This document shows, in pieces, positions 48,802 to 58,327 of a DNA stretch of 64,000 nucleotides. The position numbers and the translations under genes were made by a program. Where the stretch lies: the NCBI GenBank assembly GCA_041660285.1, contig JBAZWN010000008.1, positions 6,110-70,109 of the forward strand, read 5' to 3'. The first letter of the stretch is position 1. Every line of letters begins with the position of its first letter. The notes under the pieces are model-generated. The model ran no database searches. It was not told the DNA's origin and saw only the letters and a list, made by a program, of their open reading frames with translations. This stretch comes from Methylobacter sp. (GTDB lineage: Bacteria; Pseudomonadota; Gammaproteobacteria; Methylococcales; Methylomonadaceae).

Positions 48802-49794
48802 TCATGAAGTTCCCCCCCTCTTCTCTCCAAGATACGAAGCTCGATACCAGGCAGCATATTCGGCCAACCCATCAATCAGGCTAACCGGACTCTTAAAACC
48901 TAATTTACGCAGTTTGCACGGGTCGAAATCACAGAGCGGATTGACATTATTCCTGCCCAGTGACATAAGGAAAAATTTGAGCACAGCCATGGGTATTGGC
49001 AATCGTGGCAAACGGTATTCCTTAACTCCCAATGCACCCATCAAGAATCGCTCCACATCAATGAAGTTATTTTGGGGATCGTCATCATCCGAAACAATGA
49101 ATATCTCCCCTCCAAAGCGCTCGGTATACCGACTCACAAAGATGATTGCAGCCACCACATTGGCAACAGGCACTAAATTCATCCTGCGCCTGCCAAATAA
49201 GCAAGACTTCAGGTAATTCTTCCAATAATTTCCTGTGCTGATGTCATCTGCCAGTTTTTTAAGCGGCTCCCCATTGACTCCAAAAACCGATGTTGGCCGC
49301 AGAATGACCACATCAAAGCTATCCTTCACAGAATCGATGATGTCACGCTCAATTTTCAACTTGGTTGTGCCATATTCACTTATGGGCAGACATTGCGTCT
49401 TTTCATCAATCAGATCATCTGACGCCCTCCCCGCCACAGCAGCAGTGCTACAATGAATCAGTCGCGCCACTTTTGCATCCTTACATGCAGCTAACAAATT
49501 ATGCGTACAGGCCAGATTCAACTCTTCCCCTGCATTCCAAAGATAACTCAAGTTTATCACTGTGCACCCCGGCACAAGAAATCCCCTTAATGAGCTTGGA
49601 ACACTTAGATCGCCCTCGAATATCTCCACGCCTTGCCCCAATCTCCCCTCGCAAAAATCTTGCTTTTTGCTTCTGGAAAGCACCCTGATTTCATACTCAT
49701 CCTTGCGGAGCAGGGCCGACACCAGACATTTTCCAATGAACCCAGATGCTCCGATAATAGCAATTTGAGAGATATTATTAGTTATATACGCCAT
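48802..49794 (-). CDS. NAD-dependent epimerase/dehydratase (extended SDR)
   Basis: GASGFIG, CSTAAV, YGTTK, LRPTSVFG. Confidence 0.88.
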   Translation of the reverse strand: MAYITNNISQIAIIGASGFIGKCLVSALLRKDEYEIRVLSRSKKQDFCEGRLGQGVEIFEGDLSVPSSLRGFLVPGCTVINLSYLWNAGEELNLACTHNLLAACKDAKVARLIHCSTAAVAGRASDDLIDEKTQCLPISEYGTTKLKIERDIIDSVKDSFDVVILRPTSVFGVNGEPLKKLADDISTGNYWKNYLKSCLFGRRRMNLVPVANVVAAIIFVSRYTERFGGEIFIVSDDDDPQNNFIDVERFLMGALGVKEYRLPRLPIPMAVLKFFLMSLGRNNVNPLCDFDPCKLRKLGFKSPVSLIDGLAEYAAWYRASYLGEKRGGTS

Positions 49795-49836
49795 GCTTTT
49801 CTTACCGGCATGACTGCTTCGTGCAATAGTGGATGG

Positions 49837-50730
49837 TCATAACGACGCCCCAGCTATCTTTTTATATATAAAGCTCAAGTATCTTGTAACATAGTACAAA
49901 TGCATCCGTAACAGGCTGCGCGAGTAAAGACGCACTGCATATTTTCTATCCTTATAGTCTGATACAAGATGCTTTAAAAATTCTGCCTGTCCATAACCGG
50001 AAGTAGAAACCGACTCAAGCCAGCAAAGCGCTCTTGAATCCACTTTAAGAGAGACTCCCTTCTCCCTAAGATAGTAGGAATATACAATGTCTTCAAAATA
50101 TGCTTTGCCGGTAAAGGGATAAAAATTTTCAAACTCCAGATTTTCCCGATAATGCATCACACAGCCGCCGGCCAGCCACTCAACATCGAACAACGTCTTA
50201 TCTTCTCCCTCCGGATCTATACCGATACCCGCACCCGCTTTATCAACTTTACCTGGCTGGTAACCGTCTGCACCATTCACAAGCCAGTAGTAAATATTTT
50301 GAAAGATGCGGTTCTTTCCAGGTTTCTTATATGCAGACTTACCCGTTGCCAAGTCCATCAGCGCCGGCGCGACTGCGACATTGGGACCGTACATCTTTAA
50401 AGTTTCCAACAGATACTCAATACAATGCTCATCCAATAGCAAGTCGTCATCAAGCTGCATTACAACATCGTGAGATGAACTGCGGAAACCAGTCGCTCTT
50501 TGGGCAACCTGTCCCCTGCAAGTCGTGACTATAACTTTGACATTCTGGATAGATAGATTCTGGACTCTGTAAGCTTCATTTTCAGGGATACAAACCAGTA
50601 TTTCATCTGGAACAACGGTTCCTCGGTTGATTGTCTCAATCGTTCCTTTCAGGGTATCTCCTCCCAATGTTGCCATAACCACCGTTATTGGATATAGCTT
50701 CAAATTGGTAAGCGTATTTGTCGTCATCAT
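49837..50730 (-). CDS. GT2 family glycosyltransferase
   Basis: GQVAQRATG, QLDDD (DXD), EWLAGGC, FED motifs. Confidence 0.82.
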   Translation of the reverse strand: MMTTNTLTNLKLYPITVVMATLGGDTLKGTIETINRGTVVPDEILVCIPENEAYRVQNLSIQNVKVIVTTCRGQVAQRATGFRSSSHDVVMQLDDDLLLDEHCIEYLLETLKMYGPNVAVAPALMDLATGKSAYKKPGKNRIFQNIYYWLVNGADGYQPGKVDKAGAGIGIDPEGEDKTLFDVEWLAGGCVMHYRENLEFENFYPFTGKAYFEDIVYSYYLREKGVSLKVDSRALCWLESVSTSGYGQAEFLKHLVSDYKDRKYAVRLYSRSLLRMHLYYVTRYLSFIYKKIAGASL

Positions 50731-50796
50731 ATTTCAAAGCTCGAATAAAGCAACTTCAAGTGTGCCATTTTCATCCTGCACTCCAACCCAAAAACA

Positions 50797-51963
50797 CTAC
50801 ACATTATCAGTATGCCCAATAGAGAATTCATCAAAAATATGCTCTACATTGAATACACTTTCGCCATTAACCAAGGGTTTGAAAATTACGTTGACATACG
50901 CACCGCCCAACGCGAGCAGTCGCCATAAATCTTTCACTAATAAAGTATTGTCACAAGACCATAATCTGACAACGGCATTCTGGTACTCAAGCGATTGCAG
51001 CACCTTGTATATGAATGCCACCCACAAGGCTGAATCCGTTCTGTACAGCCAGTCACAAATCGTGATGATCGGGCCCTCTGCAGATTGTCTTATCCTAAGC
51101 ACTAACCATCCACAAAGGTGCCCTTTCAACCGAAGAGTGTAAATTTTGTATGTAATGTCAGGATGTGATTGATATCGCCACGACAGCCAATCCTTATTTT
51201 TGACTAAAGACGCTCCCTCGCTCACTGAGCTTTCCCATAAATCATCAAATTCGGAATTTGCCAGCTGTTTTAATTCATCTATCTGGAATTTTGCCAATTT
51301 AATAGTTGGAAAAAACAGCAGCAGTTGACTGGCGAAGCTGAGGCAATATCCAAATAACCGCGCAACCAAGCTAGGCACCCGCTTTTTAAGCTGGAACAAT
51401 TTTGCCGTCAGTAATGTTCTTGATCTTATTCTACTGGTCTGGGTATTAACCAGTTTGAAATCAAGTCGCTTAATCCATCCAGGAAGAGCAAGAGCATTGG
51501 GGGTACCGTAAATACCTTGAACACCCATTGTACTGGCCCAACCAATTGCCTCTGTGGCTAGGCGGGCAAATATACTACTGTTAATATATTCCGTATTTTG
51601 AAAAGGCCCCGCATATTTGGAACTGCATGAATATCTCTTGTGTGAAGATTTAGCCAACATTGATTTGCTCGTATAAGCATCCCCGATTTCAGCCATTAAA
51701 TATTTCTGCCCACCAGAATATAATCTTTTAAAAGTCAGTGATACTGACCCGACCGTTCGGCCATTTAGAATAGCGGAAAAAATAAGTCCATGTCCCGCTG
51801 GATTCAAATCACCAACTTTCCAGTTCAGAAGAGCTGATGACCAATGCAAGCCGATATTTTTGTCTCCATACTCACTCTCTAAAAAGTTAGCCACATCCTG
51901 AATCTCCCGATTTCCTTGGACATATACTAGATTCCACTTTTCGGACAGCTCCTCTTTATGCAT
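50797..51963 (-). CDS. Hypothetical protein, probable tandem GNAT-fold acyltransferase
   Basis: AEIGDAYT, IYGTPN..A..GW and WLSWRY..HP patterns typical of GNAT-domain proteins in polysaccharide loci. Confidence 0.6.
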   Translation of the reverse strand: MHKEELSEKWNLVYVQGNREIQDVANFLESEYGDKNIGLHWSSALLNWKVGDLNPAGHGLIFSAILNGRTVGSVSLTFKRLYSGGQKYLMAEIGDAYTSKSMLAKSSHKRYSCSSKYAGPFQNTEYINSSIFARLATEAIGWASTMGVQGIYGTPNALALPGWIKRLDFKLVNTQTSRIRSRTLLTAKLFQLKKRVPSLVARLFGYCLSFASQLLLFFPTIKLAKFQIDELKQLANSEFDDLWESSVSEGASLVKNKDWLSWRYQSHPDITYKIYTLRLKGHLCGWLVLRIRQSAEGPIITICDWLYRTDSALWVAFIYKVLQSLEYQNAVVRLWSCDNTLLVKDLWRLLALGGAYVNVIFKPLVNGESVFNVEHIFDEFSIGHTDNV

Positions 51964-52921
51964 TCAGACTCACCCTCTCCTGCAAGGTGCTCCCAAATAA
52001 AATATCGCTTCTGTTAATTCTGAAATCGAGTTGTGAAGGTTTCACTATTTCCTGTGAAATGTTGATCCGATCCAGCAACGAACTATTTTTATCGCCATTC
52101 ACCGTTCCACAATTTGCAAAAATCCGGGCGGCGCCCAAACTCTTGACAAGCAAATAGTCGGCATATCGAAAGCAACTGCCCCACTGGCCATGAGGAATCG
52201 AAAATAGCGGCACGCTGTTTTCGTATTTATCAAGGACGTCTGCGTTCAATTTGTACTGGTAAGTCAATTCAGCAGGTGTTAATGCGGCCGAGTTCCAGTG
52301 TTGGTATAGATGATTGCCAATTTGGACATAGGGATTTTTTTGCCATTCCATCAGCACTGTCGTCTTTGTGCTTCTTCCCTGATAGTCCAATACATCATTC
52401 ATGTTATTTGGTTGTATCAAATACTTTTTCAGAATTTCTGGCGTAATGGAAAGAAAATAAGGAGGAGCCAATCCCGCTGTATCCATAACATCCAGAAATT
52501 CTTTATCTTTTGACTTGCAGGCAATTAGTGCTGGAAGCAATGGTTCACTGCTATCAATGAAAGCCATATTGAGAAAATGCAGTGACGGTATTTTATTATC
52601 AGCAAGATAAGGCACCGCATGCTCAAAACTCCCTGCCCATCCATCGTCGAAAGTAACCATGGCAGCATGAGCAGGAATCCTGTTGGATAATAGGTCATAC
52701 GAACTGATTATCTCAAATCTGCTCGCTATCCAATCAATTTGTTTCTTGAATAAATCGATACCAGTAGACAGGTTGTATTGTCTCAAAAAGTCGCTCGGTG
52801 TATCACTCACCTCATGGAAAGTAAATACCGTAAGTCCATTGCGCTTTCGTGAGATCGAGATTGGATGCCATGCCGATACGGCGCCCAATACGCTCATTGT
52901 GATGTTTTTGATGCTACTCAT
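51956..52921 (-). CDS. Polysaccharide deacetylase (NodB/CE4)
   Basis: VFTFHEV, VTFDDG, GNHLYQH, FSIPHG; start at ATG 52921. Confidence 0.85.
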   Translation of the reverse strand: MSSIKNITMSVLGAVSAWHPISISRKRNGLTVFTFHEVSDTPSDFLRQYNLSTGIDLFKKQIDWIASRFEIISSYDLLSNRIPAHAAMVTFDDGWAGSFEHAVPYLADNKIPSLHFLNMAFIDSSEPLLPALIACKSKDKEFLDVMDTAGLAPPYFLSITPEILKKYLIQPNNMNDVLDYQGRSTKTTVLMEWQKNPYVQIGNHLYQHWNSAALTPAELTYQYKLNADVLDKYENSVPLFSIPHGQWGSCFRYADYLLVKSLGAARIFANCGTVNGDKNSSLLDRINISQEIVKPSQLDFRINRSDILFGSTLQERVSLNA

Positions 52922-53065
52922 TATTCTTGCTCTTTCATTTTTTAAACTCAAATGCTCCAAGTAGCCGCATCCAAACTGCGGCAGAAACATGACTTCATGT
53001 ATAGATGGACCGATCCATCATGAAACTAACTTGTTGGTATGAAATCTGGAGAGCCGCGTTAAGAA

Positions 53066-54607
53066 TTATTTCGGATTTTCCATATCCTTGAAAATTGCAG
53101 CCTTGAACGTATCAACATCCAGTGGACTAAAAAAATCTCTGCAGTATTGTTTGGCCAACATAAATGCAGTTTCTCCATCCAATGGAGAATTAGCTTCATC
53201 GGTTTCAATCGCATGTTTCAAATCATTAATATTTTCAATATTGGTGTGCCAAGCGCCAAGCTCATACAAAGGGTCTATGCTCATTTCTCCCTGCACATGG
53301 AGATACAGCGGCCTCACCCCAGCAGCGACTGCCTGAATAATGGCCGTCGTTCCTCTGTAAAGCGCCCAGCTACAGCGCGCAATATCAGTATCAAGGTTTT
53401 CTTGGGATAAGATAATATTACCTGGAAGGTCTCGCAGCTTAACGTTATGACTCACCAAAGATTCGAATGTAACGACTGGATGCAGTCGCCAGATAAATTG
53501 AATATCGGGGCATGCCTGCGCGCAATCCAAAGAGAATTCAAACAGAAGATGACATTCACTGGCGATACCTTCGGGAAGAACCAGGCAGGCTCGCTTATTT
53601 GACTGTCCACGAATCTGTGTCGGCGGTAACTCAAATTTATCTGCCTTAAAGCTACGATTGGAGCCTAACACGGAAATCGGAACTCCTTTCAGATCCGGAG
53701 CCAATTCCAATTGCTTCTTTCCGACTGGCCCCGCCGTCAAAATACAATCTGGATTGTATTCGCGCCCAAGGCTGCGCCGAATGGCGTGCTGTAAACAAAA
53801 CACGGCAGCATGCTGATAACCAACACACAACACCTTTGGAGCGCTGCTTCGAGCTGCAGCGAACGCCACTCTTTCCCATGCATGACCTTCATGGATGGTT
53901 ACGACGGCCTTGGGTTTTAACTTGTCCACTAATCTGTTTATCTGTCTGGAAAGCCGTAAAGTTGCCAGTGACTCATTTGTCAGCGCTTCTTGGGATGAGC
54001 GCGAAAGCACTTTTCGAAGCAGGTCTACAGTTTCATTTTTTGCAAGCGTTCTTAACCGAAGCGACTCCATTTTTAAGCGCTGATGAAGAGCGATTTCCTC
54101 GGAATAGCCGAGCGAGCAGGAGAGAATTACCCGTGGTACTGCGCTGTCTTTCCATTTGTACGCGAGAGTCGCCGCTGACTGTTCAGAGTGATTGAGCAGC
54201 GCGATCGCCACTGAATGTCCTTGCCCAACTAGCTCATCAGGCAGTTCACCAAAATAAAAATCGGCCGCATCGCCGGCATGGGACTCATTAAGCAAATGTG
54301 AGACGAACAGAACATCGACCTCGTGAGGAAGTTCTTTTGAAGCAAACCAGAACTCCCCGTCTGAGCGTAATGCTCTTCCAATCTGTCTGACCCACCCTGC
54401 CATGTTACGCAAATCCCGCAACCAGCGGCGACTCAGCGCCTTGATGTCCTTTGTATGCTTGAAAATATCTACATATTTAGAAAGGGTTAGAGGGTGTTCG
54501 CGAATAACATGTAGCCAAGGAACGGCAACACGCTCAATCGTCGAATCCGGTGCCAGCAGTACGCGATCGCAAGCTTCGCATAGCTCTCGATACTGCTCTT
54601 CGTTCAA
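53066..54607 (-). CDS. Probable GT-B glycosyltransferase of the CMP-sugar (sialyl/Kdo transferase-like) type
   Basis: HEG, YQHA, WRLHP (HP motif) and RGTTAIIQAVAAG segments; TTG start; directly after the cytidylyltransferase. Confidence 0.55.
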   Translation of the reverse strand: MNEEQYRELCEACDRVLLAPDSTIERVAVPWLHVIREHPLTLSKYVDIFKHTKDIKALSRRWLRDLRNMAGWVRQIGRALRSDGEFWFASKELPHEVDVLFVSHLLNESHAGDAADFYFGELPDELVGQGHSVAIALLNHSEQSAATLAYKWKDSAVPRVILSCSLGYSEEIALHQRLKMESLRLRTLAKNETVDLLRKVLSRSSQEALTNESLATLRLSRQINRLVDKLKPKAVVTIHEGHAWERVAFAAARSSAPKVLCVGYQHAAVFCLQHAIRRSLGREYNPDCILTAGPVGKKQLELAPDLKGVPISVLGSNRSFKADKFELPPTQIRGQSNKRACLVLPEGIASECHLLFEFSLDCAQACPDIQFIWRLHPVVTFESLVSHNVKLRDLPGNIILSQENLDTDIARCSWALYRGTTAIIQAVAAGVRPLYLHVQGEMSIDPLYELGAWHTNIENINDLKHAIETDEANSPLDGETAFMLAKQYCRDFFSPLDVDTFKAAIFKDMENPK

Positions 54608-54650
54608 AACGATTCACGCTTGACAATCTGACTAGGACCGCGCACTTGAC

Positions 54651-55415
54651 TCATTCCAGCACCTGCTCAAGCAATGTACGCTGTTCATCGTTGTATCGAA
54701 TGTAATCCAGCACAAGCTCAGCCTCATCAGGTTCATTTACCGAGGGTAAGCTCGGCGTAACAGGGACAGACCGCAGATTGAAGCCATTCTCAATGATGCG
54801 CATTTGCTCTATGAACTCAGCCTGTTCAATCGGTGAGGCGGGAAGCGCCGTGATCTCCATCAAGAAGTCTTTACGATAGGCTATTATTCCAAGAATCTTC
54901 CTCACAAAAGACTGTTGCACATCGAAAGCGCTATAACAGGGCGTCCGACGGAAACAATACAAAATGCGATCGGATGACGAAACAGCGCACTTCACAAAGG
55001 AATGACGATCCAACTCATCCTTGTGTTCGATAGGTCCGGTGGCATTCCATGCATCGCCATCTGGCTCAGCCGTAATTGCTTTTGCAAAAATTTCCATGTG
55101 CCTAGGCAATAACAACGGTTCATCACCCTGTAGCAGCATTACATGAGTGCAATCCACGTCCCTTATCGCCTCGGCAACCCGGGTAGTACCATTAGTGTGC
55201 GTATTGGCCGTCATGACGACCTTTCCGCCAAAGCCGCGTACCACCTCGGCGATCTCCTCGTCGCAGGTCGCTACATACACATCCGACACGACACCGGAAA
55301 GCAAAGCACGCCGACGGACGTGCTCAATCATAGGCAGACCGTGGAAAGGAAACAGGATTTTTCGGGGAAATCTGACCGACGCAAGATGCGCAGGAATAAC
55401 AGCAACAATATTCAT
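54651..55415 (-). CDS. KdsB-like ulosonate cytidylyltransferase (second, divergent copy)
   Basis: IPAHLASVRFPRK, NGTTR, QGDEP, EQMR; clearly homologous to kdsB at 4920. Confidence 0.88.
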   Translation of the reverse strand: MNIVAVIPAHLASVRFPRKILFPFHGLPMIEHVRRRALLSGVVSDVYVATCDEEIAEVVRGFGGKVVMTANTHTNGTTRVAEAIRDVDCTHVMLLQGDEPLLLPRHMEIFAKAITAEPDGDAWNATGPIEHKDELDRHSFVKCAVSSSDRILYCFRRTPCYSAFDVQQSFVRKILGIIAYRKDFLMEITALPASPIEQAEFIEQMRIIENGFNLRSVPVTPSLPSVNEPDEAELVLDYIRYNDEQRTLLEQVLE

Positions 55416-55428
55416 TTGTACCCAACAC

Positions 55429-56178
55429 TCATTGAGGAAAGACACCGCAATCCACATTAATACATTGCCCAGTCATCGCAGATGCTGCATCAGACGTCAA
55501 GAACAAGCTCATTGCAGCCACCTCTGCTCCAGTAGGAAGCCTGCCCAACGCGGCATTTGCCGCTGTAAAATTTGCGATAAACTCTTCTGGATTGCCTTTG
55601 GCAGGCGAAGCAGGGCTATTCAATGCTTCAAGTAACCCGTCTGTGGGAATGAGTACTGGACACAAAGCATTTACCCGAACTCCACGTGGCCCGAGTTCTT
55701 TGGCAAGCGATTGAGTCAACCCATTCATCCCAAACTTGGATGCGCAATAAGCAGAGTTGTTTGAACTTCCACGCTTCCCGGCAATACTGGAAATATTGAT
55801 GATGCATCCACCGTCCTGCATAACACTTGAAGCGGCTTTACAACCCCAGAAAGCCCCTTTTAAGTTGGTGCCAATCAAATCGTCCAGAAATTTTTCATCA
55901 ATATCCGCAATAGGTCGCCATTCCGAAAAACCCGCATTATTGATGTAAACATCCAGCGTTCCTGTTTTTTCGATTGCGGCATCCACCAAGCGACGGTGAG
56001 CGGATTCATCCTGAACGTCCGCAGAAATAAATCTGACCTTATCGCCAAACCGGGTTCCCAATCCAAGCTCCTGCCGTGCCCCCACAATTACGAAATAGCC
56101 GGCATTGACATAAGCTTCTGTAATGTTGAGTCCGATTCCACGGTTTCCTCCCGTGATCACTACTGTTTTTTGCTTCAT
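55429..56178 (-). CDS. SDR family oxidoreductase
   Basis: TGGNRGIG, NNAG, YCASK, DCG C-terminus. Confidence 0.92.
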   Translation of the reverse strand: MKQKTVVITGGNRGIGLNITEAYVNAGYFVIVGARQELGLGTRFGDKVRFISADVQDESAHRRLVDAAIEKTGTLDVYINNAGFSEWRPIADIDEKFLDDLIGTNLKGAFWGCKAASSVMQDGGCIINISSIAGKRGSSNNSAYCASKFGMNGLTQSLAKELGPRGVRVNALCPVLIPTDGLLEALNSPASPAKGNPEEFIANFTAANAALGRLPTGAEVAAMSLFLTSDAASAMTGQCINVDCGVFPQ

Positions 56179-56234
56179 GTATTGTATTTACTCCAAACTC
56201 TGTAATATGTTCTTGTTGAAAAGTGTTCGCAAAC

Positions 56235-57017
56235 CTAGATGGTCATACAAGAAAAGCCGCCATCAACAGCAATCTCCGCGCCTGTAACAAAGCCGGATGC
56301 ATCTGATGCCAGCCATAGGGTCGCGCCAATTAATTCATTTGGCTCCCCATAGCGCTTCATTGGAGTGTGTCCAAGAATAGCAACTTCACGCTCGGGAGTT
56401 ATAAAATTCTTGCGATTCCATTCCGTCGGAAAGAATCCAGGCCGTAACGCGTTAACTCGAACACCTTTCGTGCCCCACTCCCGACCTAGGTTTTGTGTCA
56501 GGTTCTTGATCCCTGCCTTAGCCACGGAATAAGTTATTGCCTTGGAGAGAGGCGGACCTGCAGATGCCGATGAGAGATTGATGATTGATCCGCTGCCTCT
56601 GTTTACCATGTATTCCCCGAATACCTGGCAACCAAGAAAAGTGCCGGTAACCTGTGAGTCTAGAATCGCGTACCACTCTTCAAGGGTTAATTCAAAAAAC
56701 GGTGTCGGCCCGTTAATGCCGGCCCCATTGACAAGAATATCAATCTGGCCAAAGGCTGAAAGCACTTTTTGTAGCGCATCAACGTGATCCTGTTTTTTTC
56801 CAACATCAATGGCAATTGATATTACATTTTCAAAACCCGCTCTTTTCAATTCATCTTCTACAGTCTTTGCCTTTTCCAGTTTTAAGTCCAATATTGCAAC
56901 TTTACACCCGGCACGAGCAAATCCTCTCGCCATTTCGCCACAAAGATGGCCGCCAGCGCCGATCACTACGGCAACCTTGCCTTCCAAATTAAATAAATCA
57001 TTAAGATAAGAATTCAT
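56235..57017 (-). CDS. SDR family oxidoreductase (gluconate 5-dehydrogenase-like)
   Basis: GAGGHLC, VNGAG, YSVAK, PGFFPT, VDGG. Confidence 0.9.
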   Translation of the reverse strand: MNSYLNDLFNLEGKVAVVIGAGGHLCGEMARGFARAGCKVAILDLKLEKAKTVEDELKRAGFENVISIAIDVGKKQDHVDALQKVLSAFGQIDILVNGAGINGPTPFFELTLEEWYAILDSQVTGTFLGCQVFGEYMVNRGSGSIINLSSASAGPPLSKAITYSVAKAGIKNLTQNLGREWGTKGVRVNALRPGFFPTEWNRKNFITPEREVAILGHTPMKRYGEPNELIGATLWLASDASGFVTGAEIAVDGGFSCMTI

Positions 57018-57033
57018 AAAAAACCTTTAATAG

Positions 57034-57819
57034 TTAGCGCATTGATTTGATCATGCCTTGCATCTTTTCTGCCCACTTCCACAACACAAACAGATCGGAA
57101 CTTAATATTGCATAGGTATATCCGAGATCAAACAGGGTCTGAACGCTTTCTTCTGACGCATCGGCTACTTGCGTACCGCAACTCTTGCCAAAGCGTTCGC
57201 AGGCCGCGATCACCTTGCGTGACGCTTCGATCACAAGAGGATGCGACGTCTGCCCTGGCACACCCAAGGAGCCGGAGATATCATACGGCCCCACCATCAC
57301 GCCATCGACTTCGTCGAAGGCGAGTAATTTCTCGATATTCTCAACTGCCTGGATCGACTCAACTTGAATAATGAAACTCGAAGTGTCATTCCAGTTCTGT
57401 ATGTAACTGTCGAAATCAAACCCATAGGCCTGTGCGCGGTTAACGCCATAGCTCCGATTACCCATGGGAGGGTATTTGAGATACCTGATGATCGCTTCTA
57501 CCTCTTCTGGCGTATTAACCATCTGTACCAGCAACCCATCAGCACCCGACTCCAGCAGCGGCTTAAACCAATCGTTCGAATGGGAAACGGGGCGCGGCAA
57601 ACATGGCACCCCCTCACTTTGACAGGCCGAGATGATACGCTGCGCCTGCTCCACGGAAATGGTGGAATGCTCCATGTCAATCGCAATGAAATCAAAACCT
57701 GCACGCGCAAAAGTTTCAGTGATTGAAGGATGCGCGTAGGACACCCAACCTGCAAACAGCCGCTCACGCTGCCGCAACCGCTCTTTTAAAGCAGCTCTTT
57801 TTTCAAATATGTTGTTCAT
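57034..57819 (-). CDS. HpcH/HpaI aldolase family protein
   Basis: IDMEHS, PPMGNRSYG, IQVES, MVGPYDIS.SLG. Confidence 0.9.
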   Translation of the reverse strand: MNNIFEKRAALKERLRQRERLFAGWVSYAHPSITETFARAGFDFIAIDMEHSTISVEQAQRIISACQSEGVPCLPRPVSHSNDWFKPLLESGADGLLVQMVNTPEEVEAIIRYLKYPPMGNRSYGVNRAQAYGFDFDSYIQNWNDTSSFIIQVESIQAVENIEKLLAFDEVDGVMVGPYDISGSLGVPGQTSHPLVIEASRKVIAACERFGKSCGTQVADASEESVQTLFDLGYTYAILSSDLFVLWKWAEKMQGMIKSMR

Positions 57820-57901
57820 CTTTATTTTCTTGAGTTTGTAAGAGGATAAAAAATTCTATTGCTTCAATAGCAAGATAATCAATTGGCCTGGCCGGAATAC
57901 A

Positions 57902-58327
57902 TTATTCTTTCATCCCAAGCAATGCTTGAACCGCTGGATGAAGGTGCAGCAGGCCGACAAGAGTTCCCTTACCATCCACGACAGGCAGATCCCATATCTG
58001 CTTTTGACCCATCAAACCAACCGCATGCACCAATGTGTCGTCTGGCTGAGTCGTCATGGGCGATCGAATAGCATGTTCGAGTGCATCATCCACAAGCAAT
58101 GCGGAGAATGGTTTTTGTACCTTGAGTAACTTGCGTCGGATATCACCATCCGTGAGAATACCAAGAAGCTTGGTGTCAACATCCACAATACAAGCAATGC
58201 CCAAGCCTGACCGACCCATCTCTTCAAGAGCCTCTTTCATAATAACGGTCTCGCCGATCACCGGAATCCGATTCAGCGGCATCATGACTTCACTGACCTG
58301 CATCGCATTATTTTTCTGGGTGGACAT
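57902..58327 (-). CDS. Stand-alone CBS-pair protein resembling the C-terminus of KdsD
   Basis: GILTDGDIRR and DLPVVD...VGLLHLH motifs; ATG 58327 overlaps the end of the KdsA-like gene; no SIS domain. Confidence 0.85.
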   Translation of the reverse strand: MSTQKNNAMQVSEVMMPLNRIPVIGETVIMKEALEEMGRSGLGIACIVDVDTKLLGILTDGDIRRKLLKVQKPFSALLVDDALEHAIRSPMTTQPDDTLVHAVGLMGQKQIWDLPVVDGKGTLVGLLHLHPAVQALLGMKE

